This document shows positions 1 to 12,122 of a stretch of DNA of 64,000 nucleotides, in pieces. The notes beneath the pieces were generated by a model. That model was given only the letters and a program-made list of their open reading frames with translations. It did no database searches and had not been told where the DNA came from. Position 1 is the stretch's first letter, and each line of letters begins with the position of its first letter. The stretch lies in NCBI GenBank assembly GCA_049999805.1, contig JBNGIO010006164.1:27769-91768 (forward strand), read 5' to 3'. The DNA is from Folioceros fuciformis (lineage: Eukaryota). The position numbers and the translations under genes were made by a program.

Positions 1-3000
1 GCCCTACTCTCCCGCCACGGGATGCAATTGGCTCCCAGTCTGCCTCGCTGCTGCTTCCTGCGCGTCCATGGCTCCTGCAACATAAGGTCCTCCTGTTGCG
101 AGCACTCTTCCCCTTTGCTGGTCTTGCTGCTGCCGCACCACCAGAGACAGCTGCAACCTTTCCGCTGCGTTTGCTTCCTTTGACTTGCCACACACAAGCA
201 CTCGTCCCTGGCCCGCCCTGCCCGATCCCACCGCGCCACTCAACAGCTTCCCCGAGAAGCTGCCGATCTCGAGACGGAGTCGCACCAAGCCGTGTGCCGA
301 TGCGAGCCGATTTACACACCTGACTCACCTACTGCTTGTTAGTCAGCTTGCGCATGTGCAACCAATTCGTGTCACCCCTTTTTCGCTCTATCTACTGTAT
401 CTAAACGACTGAAAACAAACTGATATTTGCAAACCATCTACCCTCGCGCCTCGGGCGTATGTACACTGTATATAGCCAGGCATTTATACTCAGACCCATA
501 TTCGTCTTCGAAATACGGATGCTATTTGCATTAGCATAGAACTTAATTGCTCTGATTTATTTTGGTTTTCTCGATTAATTTTACTATGTATTCTTAATAG
601 AAGAAGGAACTTAATTGGTCATCTCTATCAAACAATCAATAAGTATAATTATTTTTATTTATTTATGAATAGAAATAACTAGAATAATTATAAATCTTTT
701 CATTATCTTTACTGTTATCAATTATTATCTAATATTGATATCATTGAAGATTTATATCCCCAAGTTCTTAAATTAATTTAAGTAATTATAAAAATAAATC
801 TAATAAATTTATATGCCACATCTTAACACATCTCCTAATAAGGGTATGCCAAGGCTATATTTCTTTTCCATGTTCTTTCTTTGAAAATATATAATATATA
901 TATATATATATATAGTTGTTCCAAACTATTTATTTATATATAATATTTTTAATTAATATATCATTCACTTTGCTCTAATTCTTCAATAATTGTCATCCCC
1001 TCAACTTCCAGCATAGGTGAGAACAATTAGCAACGAGTTTTGATTGCACTACAAAAGGCCTTGACAAATGTGATTTTTCAAACAACATCAAGCACGGCAG
1101 ATGTGGCTTCAACGGTCCCGGTGCTAAGTAGGCCATACCTTGTACCTGATTACGACATCTTGGGCGCGATAGGGAGTTACAAGCTAGGCAGAAGAGGGGC
1201 CTAGACCCTCATTCTTGGCTTTTCCCCATTATAGGTTGTTCCCTTGTCACGGGGTAGATGGAACTTCCACCTCTTTTTTTCTATAAAGTCTTCAAATTCC
1301 CCATAGGTGAGAACGTGGCGTAGGTGAAAGGTGAATTTTTGTGATGAGACGAAGTATTAGAATGTGCTCATAATATGAGAATATGTAAGGTGCTCAGAAT
1401 TTGATTCGAATCAATTTACTATAGCTCAGAATATGTAATGTGTACGGCGTTGAGGCTAGGGACCACAAGTGAGTCATGCCATCACAACGAGCCCTCGAGA
1501 GCGGGATGTGAAGCGCTAAGGCAAGAATGTCTGTGAGATAGTTTCCAATCCACCACTATGTGGCTAGCCATTCAAATGTCCACGGTGCAGGAATTTAGCT
1601 CTCGTGCTGGTACCAATTTGGATGGGATAACAAAAGTCTCTTCGACTCTAGTTGTGGCGTACGAGGGTTGTGTACTTCTCTTCAAATAACTACCGATCCA
1701 TCGCCATGTGGCTAACTATTCAATGCCTCAGGCCAAGAATTTGGTGCACAACTGTGCAACAAGATGACGAAGTTAAGGCAGAACCAGCAAGTCCCTTCAA
1801 GATGCTTGGGAAGCCACAAAGATGCAGCGTGAATCTGACACACACAATGAAAACTACCACGACATTGTTGCTACTGTCGAGCTCTGTTCCATGATGGAGT
1901 AACATTGCATCTTAGGGTGTCATCTCATCTGTGACTTGTGCAGCTGCTTGGCTTGCAATAAGGCAAGATCGCACACTGGCGCATGCTTTGCAGGTGCAAT
2001 TGAGGGCTTCACGTGATGTTGATATGTATTCCTAATTCCGGCCAACTATGCTCAAGTAACAGAAACTTTATGTTGCAGTGGCCTAAATCTTCTAGAATCT
2101 GTTGATGTAAGACAGTGGCGAATTGTGCCAAGTGTATGCTATGTGACCATCCCTTTGCCGAACCGAGACTAGACAAATAAATCCATCTTCTGGTTGTGCA
2201 TGAACGGAGCCAGAAGCAAACCATTATGTAAGGCTTTCATGATATATAGCACCATGTTTGAGGATGGCTTGTGAAAGGGCGAACTCCGCTTCAAGTACCC
2301 AGACTGGAGTCAAGTATTGTGATACACAGAATTGGCCTCGATGCTTCAAAACCCCGGAACTGCAATAGAAGGACCACCAATCAAATCATGTCTCTCGCTG
2401 CAAAAGGGGTAGATGTACACTTAGTGAAATGATAACTCACGTTGCGGGTACTCACCTCAGTCACTAAGTGACTCAATCTTGCGTCGGATCCCACTATTGA
2501 AGGTTCCACAACTCCTTTATTTCATGAATGAAAATCAAATTAATATAACATAGATTGTTTGCAAGATTACAGAGGTTTTAAAGATGGAGACCTATGTGAG
2601 GTCATCCTTCCTTAGGGCATAACTAACAAGGTTACTTACGAACTACATGCAATCTAATGGTCTATACCCCAAACCAAGCCCTCCCTCAAATCACAACTGC
2701 TTTGCAGTCCTTCCTAGTTGGTTTCTCATGTCCTTGGCCCCTCCTAGATTGTTTGTTGAGTGAGTTCTCCAATGTCGGAAATGTGGACAGTTGCAATCAA
2801 TGTTAAGAAACTTGTCATCCGTCTCCTTGACTTTCCCCACTAGTCTTTTGTCTGGAAACAAGATTTGTATTATCATGACACTTCCCTGCCCTTCCCCTTA
2901 TCCATATGTTGAACAACTGGAGGTCCCAATTGGAAGGATCCTTGTTTGTCAAAAAGTGAATGAAAAGGAAAAAAAGCCCCAAAAAAAGAAAAAAGAAGCA

Positions 3001-3142
3001 AAAACTTACCAAGCCACATATAGTTCTTTCTTAACAAAACTTAGCCACTGTCTCTAAATTTATTAGCTCACAAACAATTCTCATAAACATGGATTAATAT
3101 GACAACATAAATTCACATAGGATTTATTAGAGTAGACACATA

Positions 3143-3925
3143 TCATATATTGTTTATGAGCACAGCTTGTATTAAAGGTTGATAGTGCACTCCATGAAAT
3201 AAGACATTAAGGGGCATAGCCCAATTATTCTTGCTTATAACATTATCCTTCTCATTCTCCTTTTGTAGCTTCTGGGTATTTATATCTTCATTTTCACTTA
3301 CATGATTGAAGGTCTTCTTGCTACTATGCTTAATATTTTGTTCAGTGTTCCCATTACCAAACGCAAGATTATTTTCACCATTGTTGTCACTATCCAAGAA
3401 AGTCCAAATGCTATCATACTCATTATTTTCACTCTGCTCATCATCCAAGGGCTTTTGGCTACCATACTCACTACCATACTCTTGTATGACACTTAAGGTG
3501 TTATCTAGGCCTATTTTCCATATGTGAATAGGCCTTTGTAACCCAACACTTAACCATTGAGTCGCAAGTGCGTCTCCCCACAAGCCGATTTCGTTTTCAA
3601 GTTCATAGTTCTCATCGCTAATCAACAACTTAGATATTGATGCAGATGTTGATGCAGATAACCTCATTCTTCGAATATAAGTGGTCATATTATCAACACC
3701 AACACCATGTGTTTCTTGTAAGATCTCTGGAAGATATTGTTCTAGGTGACTACAAGCAAGAGGATCTTGTTTTTCAATCCTGTCTTCAAACTCATCCATC
3801 GCCAAATTTCTTAATTCCAAAGATGAGATTTCTCCATCTAAAAGATAGGCTATGGCATCGAACAAACAATCTCCAACTTCAAAATCAAAATCAAAGGGCA
3901 CGATAAAGTCAATAACTTCATCCAT
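3143..3925 (-). CDS. OTU-family cysteine protease (deubiquitinase-like), intronless
   Basis: 260 aa ORF with OTU motifs GDCLFDAIA (catalytic Cys), LRxxA helix, YIxRM, WGDAL and the C-terminal His loop FHGVHYQPL; ~65 aa acidic/Asn-rich insert before the His loop. Confidence 0.8.
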   Translation of the reverse strand: MDEVIDFIVPFDFDFEVGDCLFDAIAYLLDGEISSLELRNLAMDEFEDRIEKQDPLACSHLEQYLPEILQETHGVGVDNMTTYIRRMRLSASTSASISKLLISDENYELENEIGLWGDALATQWLSVGLQRPIHIWKIGLDNTLSVIQEYGSEYGSQKPLDDEQSENNEYDSIWTFLDSDNNGENNLAFGNGNTEQNIKHSSKKTFNHVSENEDINTQKLQKENEKDNVISKNNWAMPLNVLFHGVHYQPLIQAVLINNI

Positions 3926-4088
3926 TATATGGCCTACTTAAAACACTTTGCACAAACTAGAGCCTTTGTGAATATTGTTCACTATTGCATCACATATGGT
4001 ACTTGAGGTCAAAGATTAGAGGTCCAACATAACATTAGCTCTCTATCTTAACCTCTGCTGGTACCTTAGGTCTCAACTCACTCTCTCC

Positions 4089-4116
4089 TTTAGGGTTTAG
4101 GGTTTAGGGTTTAGGG
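4089..4116. repeat. (TTTAGGG)4 plant telomere-type repeat / telo-box cluster
   Basis: Four perfect TTTAGGG units read directly, ~165 bp upstream of the OTU start codon. Confidence 0.9.
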
Positions 4117-4747
4117 TTTTGTTCTCTTCAAAATAGCTTTCTTAGCTTGCACTCACTATAAGCTCTTAGAGACTAAGAGGTTGTTTTCGTAATTACTCTT
4201 GCAGGAGTGAGACCTTGGTGCTCACCTTTAAATAGGAAAGCATTGTGAGAAGGGTAAACAAACCTAGACAGTCCCAAAATACTTGCCAAATTAGGAGTCT
4301 ACATTGTCCACTCAATCTATTTGGAATCGTGATCAATAATGATATAAAGCTAGTCTCAATTCTATATTTATGGAGGCTATATTTATTTTTGGCACATAGT
4401 CAGTCTCTCTTTAGCTACTCTTATTATTGTCACCTTTTAAATTAGATATCAAGAAATGTACGCCTTCTATGCGGAATTCCCTATACGTTTTCTCGAGCTG
4501 CAACGACCATGCCGACGGATTCGCAGTGGTAAGCCTCCAGCACATTCAGTCCTAGAGTTTTGACGACAGCCTAGCTCGGGGCCGCCTGATCCCTTCCTCC
4601 CTCTCTTCCTCTCCTCCTTGGTAGTTGCCACAAGTCAAAATTCGGAGCTGACCTTGGTCTTCCAACTCCCGCTCCTTCCTATCATGTCTATCTACATTAC
4701 CTCCCCGGCCCGTCCTCATTCATATGTCACAACAAAGTGTGAGGACG

Positions 4748-5390
4748 CTACACGTATCCGGCATCCTGCGTACACTCCCTCAGGATTGAGTCGACTTCGT
4801 ACAACGATGCTTTGTAACACTTACAATGGAAATCTAGCTCCGCAGGATTTAGTGCCTTGTGGCGTTCTACTAGAAACCTGGCGTACATCTTCCAGTTCAC
4901 CACTTGTTGCATACTTTGGCCACCAGGTAAGCGTCCTCCACCATGTGATTCAGCAGTCCTCTTTGAACAATCTGTGAGTTCAGCTGCCTGCTGCCCTGCG
5001 CTTGTACAGGCCATCCGAAGGCAAGCAAAAGTAACATAGTTGGCCACAATCAGCCCCTCCTTCTCCACTTGTGTGTGCATACACAACAAGTGCGTCGTGT
5101 CCAAGGCCTTGGTGAGAGTACAAAGCGATCAGCTCCCGCCCATGTGATCCAATCCTTTGCGTCCATGGTGTCAAACAGCTCGTGGGAATCTTTCAGTTCG
5201 CCACATTTTGCTCACGCACATATATATACACCAGGCACCTACAGTTAACGAACAAGTTGGTAGGATACCACTCTGAAAAGAGAGAGGAGGCTAACGAACA
5301 AGTTGGTAGGGATACCACTCTGAAAAGAGAGAGAGAGTAGGCTAACGAACAAGTTGGTAGGGATACTACTCTGAAAAGAGAGAGAGAGAG
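4748..5390 (-). pseudogene. Degenerate PLS-class PPR fragment related to the 31.6-34.2 kb gene
   Basis: Translates to EKEGLIVANYVTFACLRMAC and SGIPTNLFV-like segments matching the intact PPR; frameshifted, no complete ORF. Confidence 0.75.
5243..5390. repeat. Three tandem ~45-50 bp units (ctaacgaacaagttggtagggataccactctgaaaaga(ga)n)
   Basis: Read directly; the unit is PPR-derived sequence joined to a variable GA tract. Confidence 0.8.
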
Positions 5391-5469
5391 GTCTGTCCTC
5401 TAAGGACGTCTTTCTTTCACCAACCTGTGTATATTATATTGTACTCTGCAATTCGCATTGGACGTGAGC

Positions 5470-7304
5470 ATGGCGTCCGGTGTTGCGACTGTCGACGAAG
5501 TGCAGAAGCAGGGATGGGTTGAGTTTGTCGCAGGCTTACTTATCGTTTTCCATGATTGGGTTGTGCAGAAGCCGCACACCTGGCATCTGCCGGCGCGGCT
5601 GAAGCTGCCCTCGCTTGCCGACTGTTCTTGCATTGTGACAGGCTCTACCAGCGGCATTGGCTTGAATGTGGCATGGTAGGTGACGTCGTGTCTGAATTGC
5701 CGATTTTGGTGTAATGGCTCTCACGCTCGGGATCGTTGGCAGGGAGCTGGCCAAGGCGGGGGCCGATGTCGTCATGGCTTGCCGCAACACTGCGGCTGCC
5801 CACGACCTGATCAGGGCATGGCAAGATGAGCAGGAGGAAGCAGGCGGCCCTCCTCTGCACCTTGAAGTACTTTCCTGTCCCCGATCTTGTGCAATGCTGA
5901 CAGTTGCAGGGTGTTCTTGTTGTGGTTTTGGTTTCCAGTAGTGTTCCTCATGACACTAGCTCATGTCTGCTGTTTCTGCTACCGTTTCCGCTGCTGCGCG
6001 TGTTGGCGATGGTGTGGTAAGCAGGTGATGAAGTTAGACCTTCTGTCGTTGGCTTCTGTGAAGTCCTTTGCTAGAGACTGGGAGGATCAGGGACGTTCTT
6101 TGCACCTTCTGGTTAACAATGCTGGCATCTTCTCTATGGGAGGTATTTCTCGTCCTGGTTCTTACCCTGCTTGATGTGAGACTGCTGCCAGTGTGCTGCA
6201 CGTAGTGCATGGTTTGCTGGAATTTCATGATCCTTGTGCCTTTGGTGACAGTGGCATAACGTGTGTTTGGCAGCCCCTATAAAGTACTCATCCGATGGCT
6301 TCGAGGAGCATCTCCAAGTCAACCATTTGGCACCTGCCCTCCTGTCTTTGCTGCTCATGCCATCACTGCTTAGAAGCGGTGGAGCCCGGATCGTGAATGT
6401 GAACTCTATTGTATGTCCCAGATTGAGCAGAGTTGAGATTTGCTCTCGGTCGCAAAACTTGCGAGTGGTGCTCACGTCCATAGTTCTTCCCAGATGCATG
6501 AAGTTGGCTTCAACTACACAGAAGACCTAAACTTTAGGAGCGGACGGAGGAGATATTCAAGTACATCAGCGTACAGCGGGAGTAAACTGACACAGGTTGG
6601 GCATCTATCTACTGAACCTGTACGACTGTTTACAGGATTTGGGTTGTTTATTGGAGAGTAACCAGCTGCAGTCTGCTCCTTCTCTGCAATGGCAGCTTCT
6701 ATTCAGTCGCGTATTACAAGGAAAACTGCGAGAAGACGCTGGGGTGCACGTCATTTCGATACATCCTGGAGACGTGTTGTCCAATGTGGTCAGCTCTGTG
6801 ACAGTATGAATGCCGAGCAACCACCATGCTCTCACACACTGACCTTTCACCTTTTCATCTGGGCAGATCCGAACTCTGCCAAGGCTGTCCCAGTTAGCTG
6901 CTAGGCTGCTGGGTCGCATATTTCTGTTCAGTCCCGCTGAAGGTCTGATGTACCACATGTTTTCACCGCAGCAGCGTCGTGTCCTGTTCACCTTTTGTTC
7001 TCTGGAACTCTTAAGCTGTGGTTGCCGTGGAACTTCGACATTAACTCAGTGTTCCATTTCACATCTTGCAGGAGCCAGAAGTGTTCTCTTTTGTTGCACG
7101 GATGGTCAAGTGGAGGAGTACGTGCGCACTCTGCGAAAACTTGATTTTCCCTATGCTCCTTATTATTCGTATGAATGCCGGCCTGCAACTCCTGGTCGGT
7201 ATGCAAGGGATAAAGAAGCTTCTCTCAGAATATGGGACGTGACTTTAGACATGCTTAATCTAACACAAAGTGACGTCCAGTTGTTATTTAGAGGCAAGGC
7301 CTGA
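5470..7304 (+). CDS. FEY: Short-chain dehydrogenase/reductase, FOREVER YOUNG-like (multi-exon)
   Basis: CIVTGSTSGIG, VVMACRN, LDLLSLASV, LVNNAG, HLQVNHLAPALLSLLL, YSGSKL (YxxxK) spread over exons separated by short GT-AG introns; resembles Arabidopsis FEY as recalled. Confidence 0.85.
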
Positions 7305-7511
7305 TTTTCACAAAGAAACAATGTACACTTCATTTTTTCTGAAAGAGCCTCAGTGGTCGTCTATCGATACAACGGTTCTTCGGGAACCAGATGAACTAAG
7401 TTGAGTATACTTCTACGAGATATCAATACAAAAATTGTCAAAACCAGGCAGTTAGCCTATCTCAGCCTCTTTTTTCAGATGAGAACAAAGCGACATTGAA
7501 CTCCCGATCAC

Positions 7512-8665
<1,154 letters not shown>

Positions 8666-9542
8666 TCAACGGAGGCAGCCAGGTACCGTCCGCGTCTGCC
8701 GCTACGCTCCGCACACACAGACCGCAGCAAGGTCGGCTATGGCGGACGCCCAGAGCTGTCAAGCCCCAAGGAAAAGCGCGGGAGATGTACCTTTCCCGCC
8801 AGGTTTTAGGGCAATGCAAGTCCGTTAACCTCATCGGTAGTTCATCGCGTCACACCCAGGAAAACTTAACGGCATCATTAGGTGCTAAAGCCTGTTTCCC
8901 ACCTAAGCCGAACCATGGCCCCTGTGCCAAAACCTTTGCTCTTGTACGTACCGACACGCTTACTGAGGAATCCAAAATCCCATTACCGTAAATCCAGCCT
9001 AAATTTTTCATTTTATAAAATTATTCATCAACTACACATACCTCATATTTCATAAAAAAGATTCTGATAAGATATATAAATCAATAAAAATATTATATAG
9101 CTTTTAAATTTCATTTAAATTATTCTTAGCTATCGAATATGGTTAGGCCAATGCACTTAGACTTATGCCCTTCGATGATTTTTTTCCCCTTTCTTCTTTC
9201 AAGGTGGATGATGATTTTTTATTTTTTTTTCATTCCTTACATAAAGGCTTCAATAAAAATGTCACTATGAGCATATTCCAGTGGACTTTGTTCGAAGCAA
9301 TGTTATAGGATCATATCTCAATTTTGCACAAATATATTTGAATTATGTCGGAGCACAACATATTTCCATTCGACGTGATGTTTCATTTTACTCGACTCTA
9401 ATCCTGCAAATGTGAGGTTCCAATAGCTACTCTACTCTAATCTTGCAAATGCGAGGTTCCNNNNNNNNNNGAGGTTCCAATAGCTACTCTACTCTAATCT
9501 TGCAAATGCGAGGTTCCAATAGCTTACATCACAATGATCTTC

Positions 9543-10058
9543 TCATTCCTTGGGTGGCCAATCTTTCAAATCGGGCACCAAATCCTCATTAGAGTATCGT
9601 ATAAAACAATCATCAGCATATGCGCTGCCTGACCTGAAACCCAAGCAAAGATGTTGGACTAATTCTCTACCAAGTGATCCGATACATTCTTGACAACTAT
9701 CAGCCGAGGAACATGTAGTTGATAATCTACAACCAACTCTGTAATGTATAACGTCGACACATATGTTGGGATTGTCCATATCCGGGATTGGAAAAATGCT
9801 TGTGTATCGAAAGTGGTCGGATGTTACACTGTTTGATTTGAGCTGCCATTGGTTCCATAAAGGTGTGATTTCATTTCTAATTTTTAGTACAGTTGTGATA
9901 AGATAAAAGTAATGAGCTCCCCTAATATCATATTCTTCAATGGAGTTGCCATTTCTACAAGTCCAAAAGAAAGCATCGCTTTTTGGATATGATTGTGTTG
10001 AATGAATGTGAAAAATAATGAGGAGAAAAACCATTGAAATTTTTCCTTGCAAAATCAT
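9543..10058 (-). CDS. Secreted single-domain DUF26/Gnk2 (stress-antifungal)-like protein
   Basis: Hydrophobic N-terminal signal peptide; GC...C..CxxC, later LC, and C-terminal CFIRYS typical of DUF26; intronless, AT-rich. Confidence 0.7.
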   Translation of the reverse strand: MILQGKISMVFLLIIFHIHSTQSYPKSDAFFWTCRNGNSIEEYDIRGAHYFYLITTVLKIRNEITPLWNQWQLKSNSVTSDHFRYTSIFPIPDMDNPNICVDVIHYRVGCRLSTTCSSADSCQECIGSLGRELVQHLCLGFRSGSAYADDCFIRYSNEDLVPDLKDWPPKE

Positions 10059-10444
10059 GGCAAGTGTTGAGATGTATGAAAAAAAATAATGGACTTATTT
10101 AACTCCTAATGGATAACCTAATGAAGCATAGGTTGTAATAATATGCTGCCAAAGTTTTTAGTATTTGCATAGCTCAACAAATTTTGAAATAATATTAATT
10201 TATGTAATAATCTTTTTGTATTGGTGACGGTAAGTTATACTCTAATTCTTATTTGATGTTGTGTTCATATCATTATTTTCTATTATTGAAAAAGAAATGG
10301 AAAGTCCCATCTACTCCAAAGATTGAAAGAACAATCTCAATAGAGCCACAAGCCAAAAAGAGTGCTAGCCACTTCGAACATCGGTTTCAAAAACTACCTA
10401 GTGTTCCTAATATGTCGGAATAATAAAAGGCGCTTGACTTGCAT

Positions 10445-10680
10445 TTGTTGCTATTGTAAAACCACATTAGCCAATGCTCTTCGCAAAGTAATAAATGTTG
10501 TTGTTGTAAAACGACATTGGTCAATGCTCTTTGCAAAGTAATAGATGTTGTTGTTCTAAAACAAGATTGGCCAATGCTCTTTGCAAAGTAATAAATATTG
10601 CTGTTCTAAAACCACGTTGGCCAATGCTCTTTGCAAAGTAAGAGATGTTCCTGCTCTAAAACCACATTGGCCAATAATCT
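10445..10680. repeat. 50-bp minisatellite, ~4.5 copies
   Basis: Unit accacattggccaatgctctttgcaaagtaatagatgttgttgttctaaa recurs at 10461, 10511, 10561, 10611, 10661. Confidence 0.9.
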
Positions 10681-10756
10681 TTAATAAAGAAATGCAAAGT
10701 AATAGAGACGCGATTCCCTTCCAGTTTCCTCCCTCGTTTCTTCCGTGGTTTTTAGA

Positions 10757-11458
10757 TGCTAGCGGTCCCAATATCACTCAAACTTCACTCCTCCTTTCGT
10801 CACGGCGATCATCACTATAGACGAAGACATAAGAGGCTCTCAGGACGACGACTGGAATCATGAAACCGGGCCCATGAAGCTACTCACCAGTGTCACCGAT
10901 CGTGCTCAGGTCCTTGCAGATGTGCGCAAACTCTGCCGACGGCATCTTCACGATTGCTTGATAGTTAGTTTCTGGAATTCTCAGATTTTCGCTGTTGATG
11001 TCCATCATCTTAATCTCGAAATCGCAGATCTTGCCCTGCGCTGCACAGGCGAAAACAAACCATCATCAATCCAAAATCAGGTCAGGTCAATCCAGGGAAG
11101 CACCAAACAAATGAGCAAAGGTGCAGGAGGGCGGGGGCAAAGACAGCAGTCCTCACAGGGACTCTGGAAGATGAAAGAAACACTGTCAGCGCCGCGATCG
11201 TCCACTTTGAGCGTGACGATATAGTCGTTCCCTGCACACTTGAGGATTTTGGCCATGTTGTTGAGGTTGATCCCCATGGAAAAATCACGGTCGCACCGCT
11301 AGTACTCGAAAGCCTCGGACCGGAGCAGCAGCGACACCAGAACCACATGGCTCGAGTTCGGTGGCCGAACAGTCGAAGTTGGCATAGGTTACCAGGTCCT
11401 TCATGGCTTCCAGGATCTTCCTTAGCAGGTTCCCCTGCATGAGATGCAGTTCCAACAT
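10757..11458 (-). pseudogene. PCNA: PCNA pseudogene (unprocessed tandem duplicate, 3'-truncated)
   Basis: Colinear with the 7512-8653 gene including introns; deletion across the FSLQAMD region, in-frame TAG (FEY*RC vs FEHYRC), last exon missing. Confidence 0.9.
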
Positions 11459-12122
11459 TGTGACATTCCCTCAACAGCGAGGAGGCAGCAGGGACCAAGC
11501 GTCGGATGCGTCTGCCGCAACGCTCCGCGCAGGAGACCACAGCAACGACGGCTATGGCGGACTCCCAGTGCTCTCCTATCAAGCACAGAACTAGGCTCAC
11601 CATGATCTCCATCAAAGCACTCGGTTGATCTCAACAAGGCAGCTTCTAACATCGGGATTATTGCGACCATCGATACATGAGAGTCCTCCAAGGCAGTTCT
11701 TGCTTAGCTGCTGTAACAAGCCTTTCCTCTCTCAGATTCCCAAGGCTGCATGATGCAGCAACACACACTACGGCGATTTCTTAATTAAATCGATCTCGAG
11801 TATGGGGAGACTGATTTCACGACATTGGTTTTTTTAAGATTTAATACGAGCCGTTGCCGTCCACGTTACCGTGCAGGAAGCGAGTGGTGGTCCGTGGATG
11901 TCATCCCTTTGTTGAACGGGAAAGACTCTTGGTTTTGCACAGAGCCTAGAGGCAGACCGACTCCCAGGGACGGTCCACTGTCAGTTTTGGATTTTGTGTT
12001 TGGCCAGGTGTCGGTTTCCTGGTGCATGGCAGTGGCATTGGCATTTGGGTTTGGGTCCACTTGATTTTAATTGACATCACGCGTCGCGCTCACAGGGAAG
12101 CGGAAGCGGAAGCGGGAAGATA

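Noticed and set aside
1-2700. Short ORFs and an AT-rich tract with (TA)n at ~888-913
   Set aside because: No recognisable domains; probably decayed repeats that I cannot classify.
2691-2876. CNCPHF, possible SWIM zinc-finger remnant
   Set aside because: Downstream CxH not convincing and no transposase context recognised.
9390-9525. Short tandem repeat around an N-gap
   Set aside because: Identical sequence on both sides of 10 Ns; copy number is probably a scaffolding overlap artefact.
11290-11310. Stop codons in pseudogenes as possible U-to-C editing targets
   Set aside because: Such editing is organellar; these nuclear copies also carry frameshifts and deletions, and the PCNA TAG replaces TAC, which U-to-C cannot restore.
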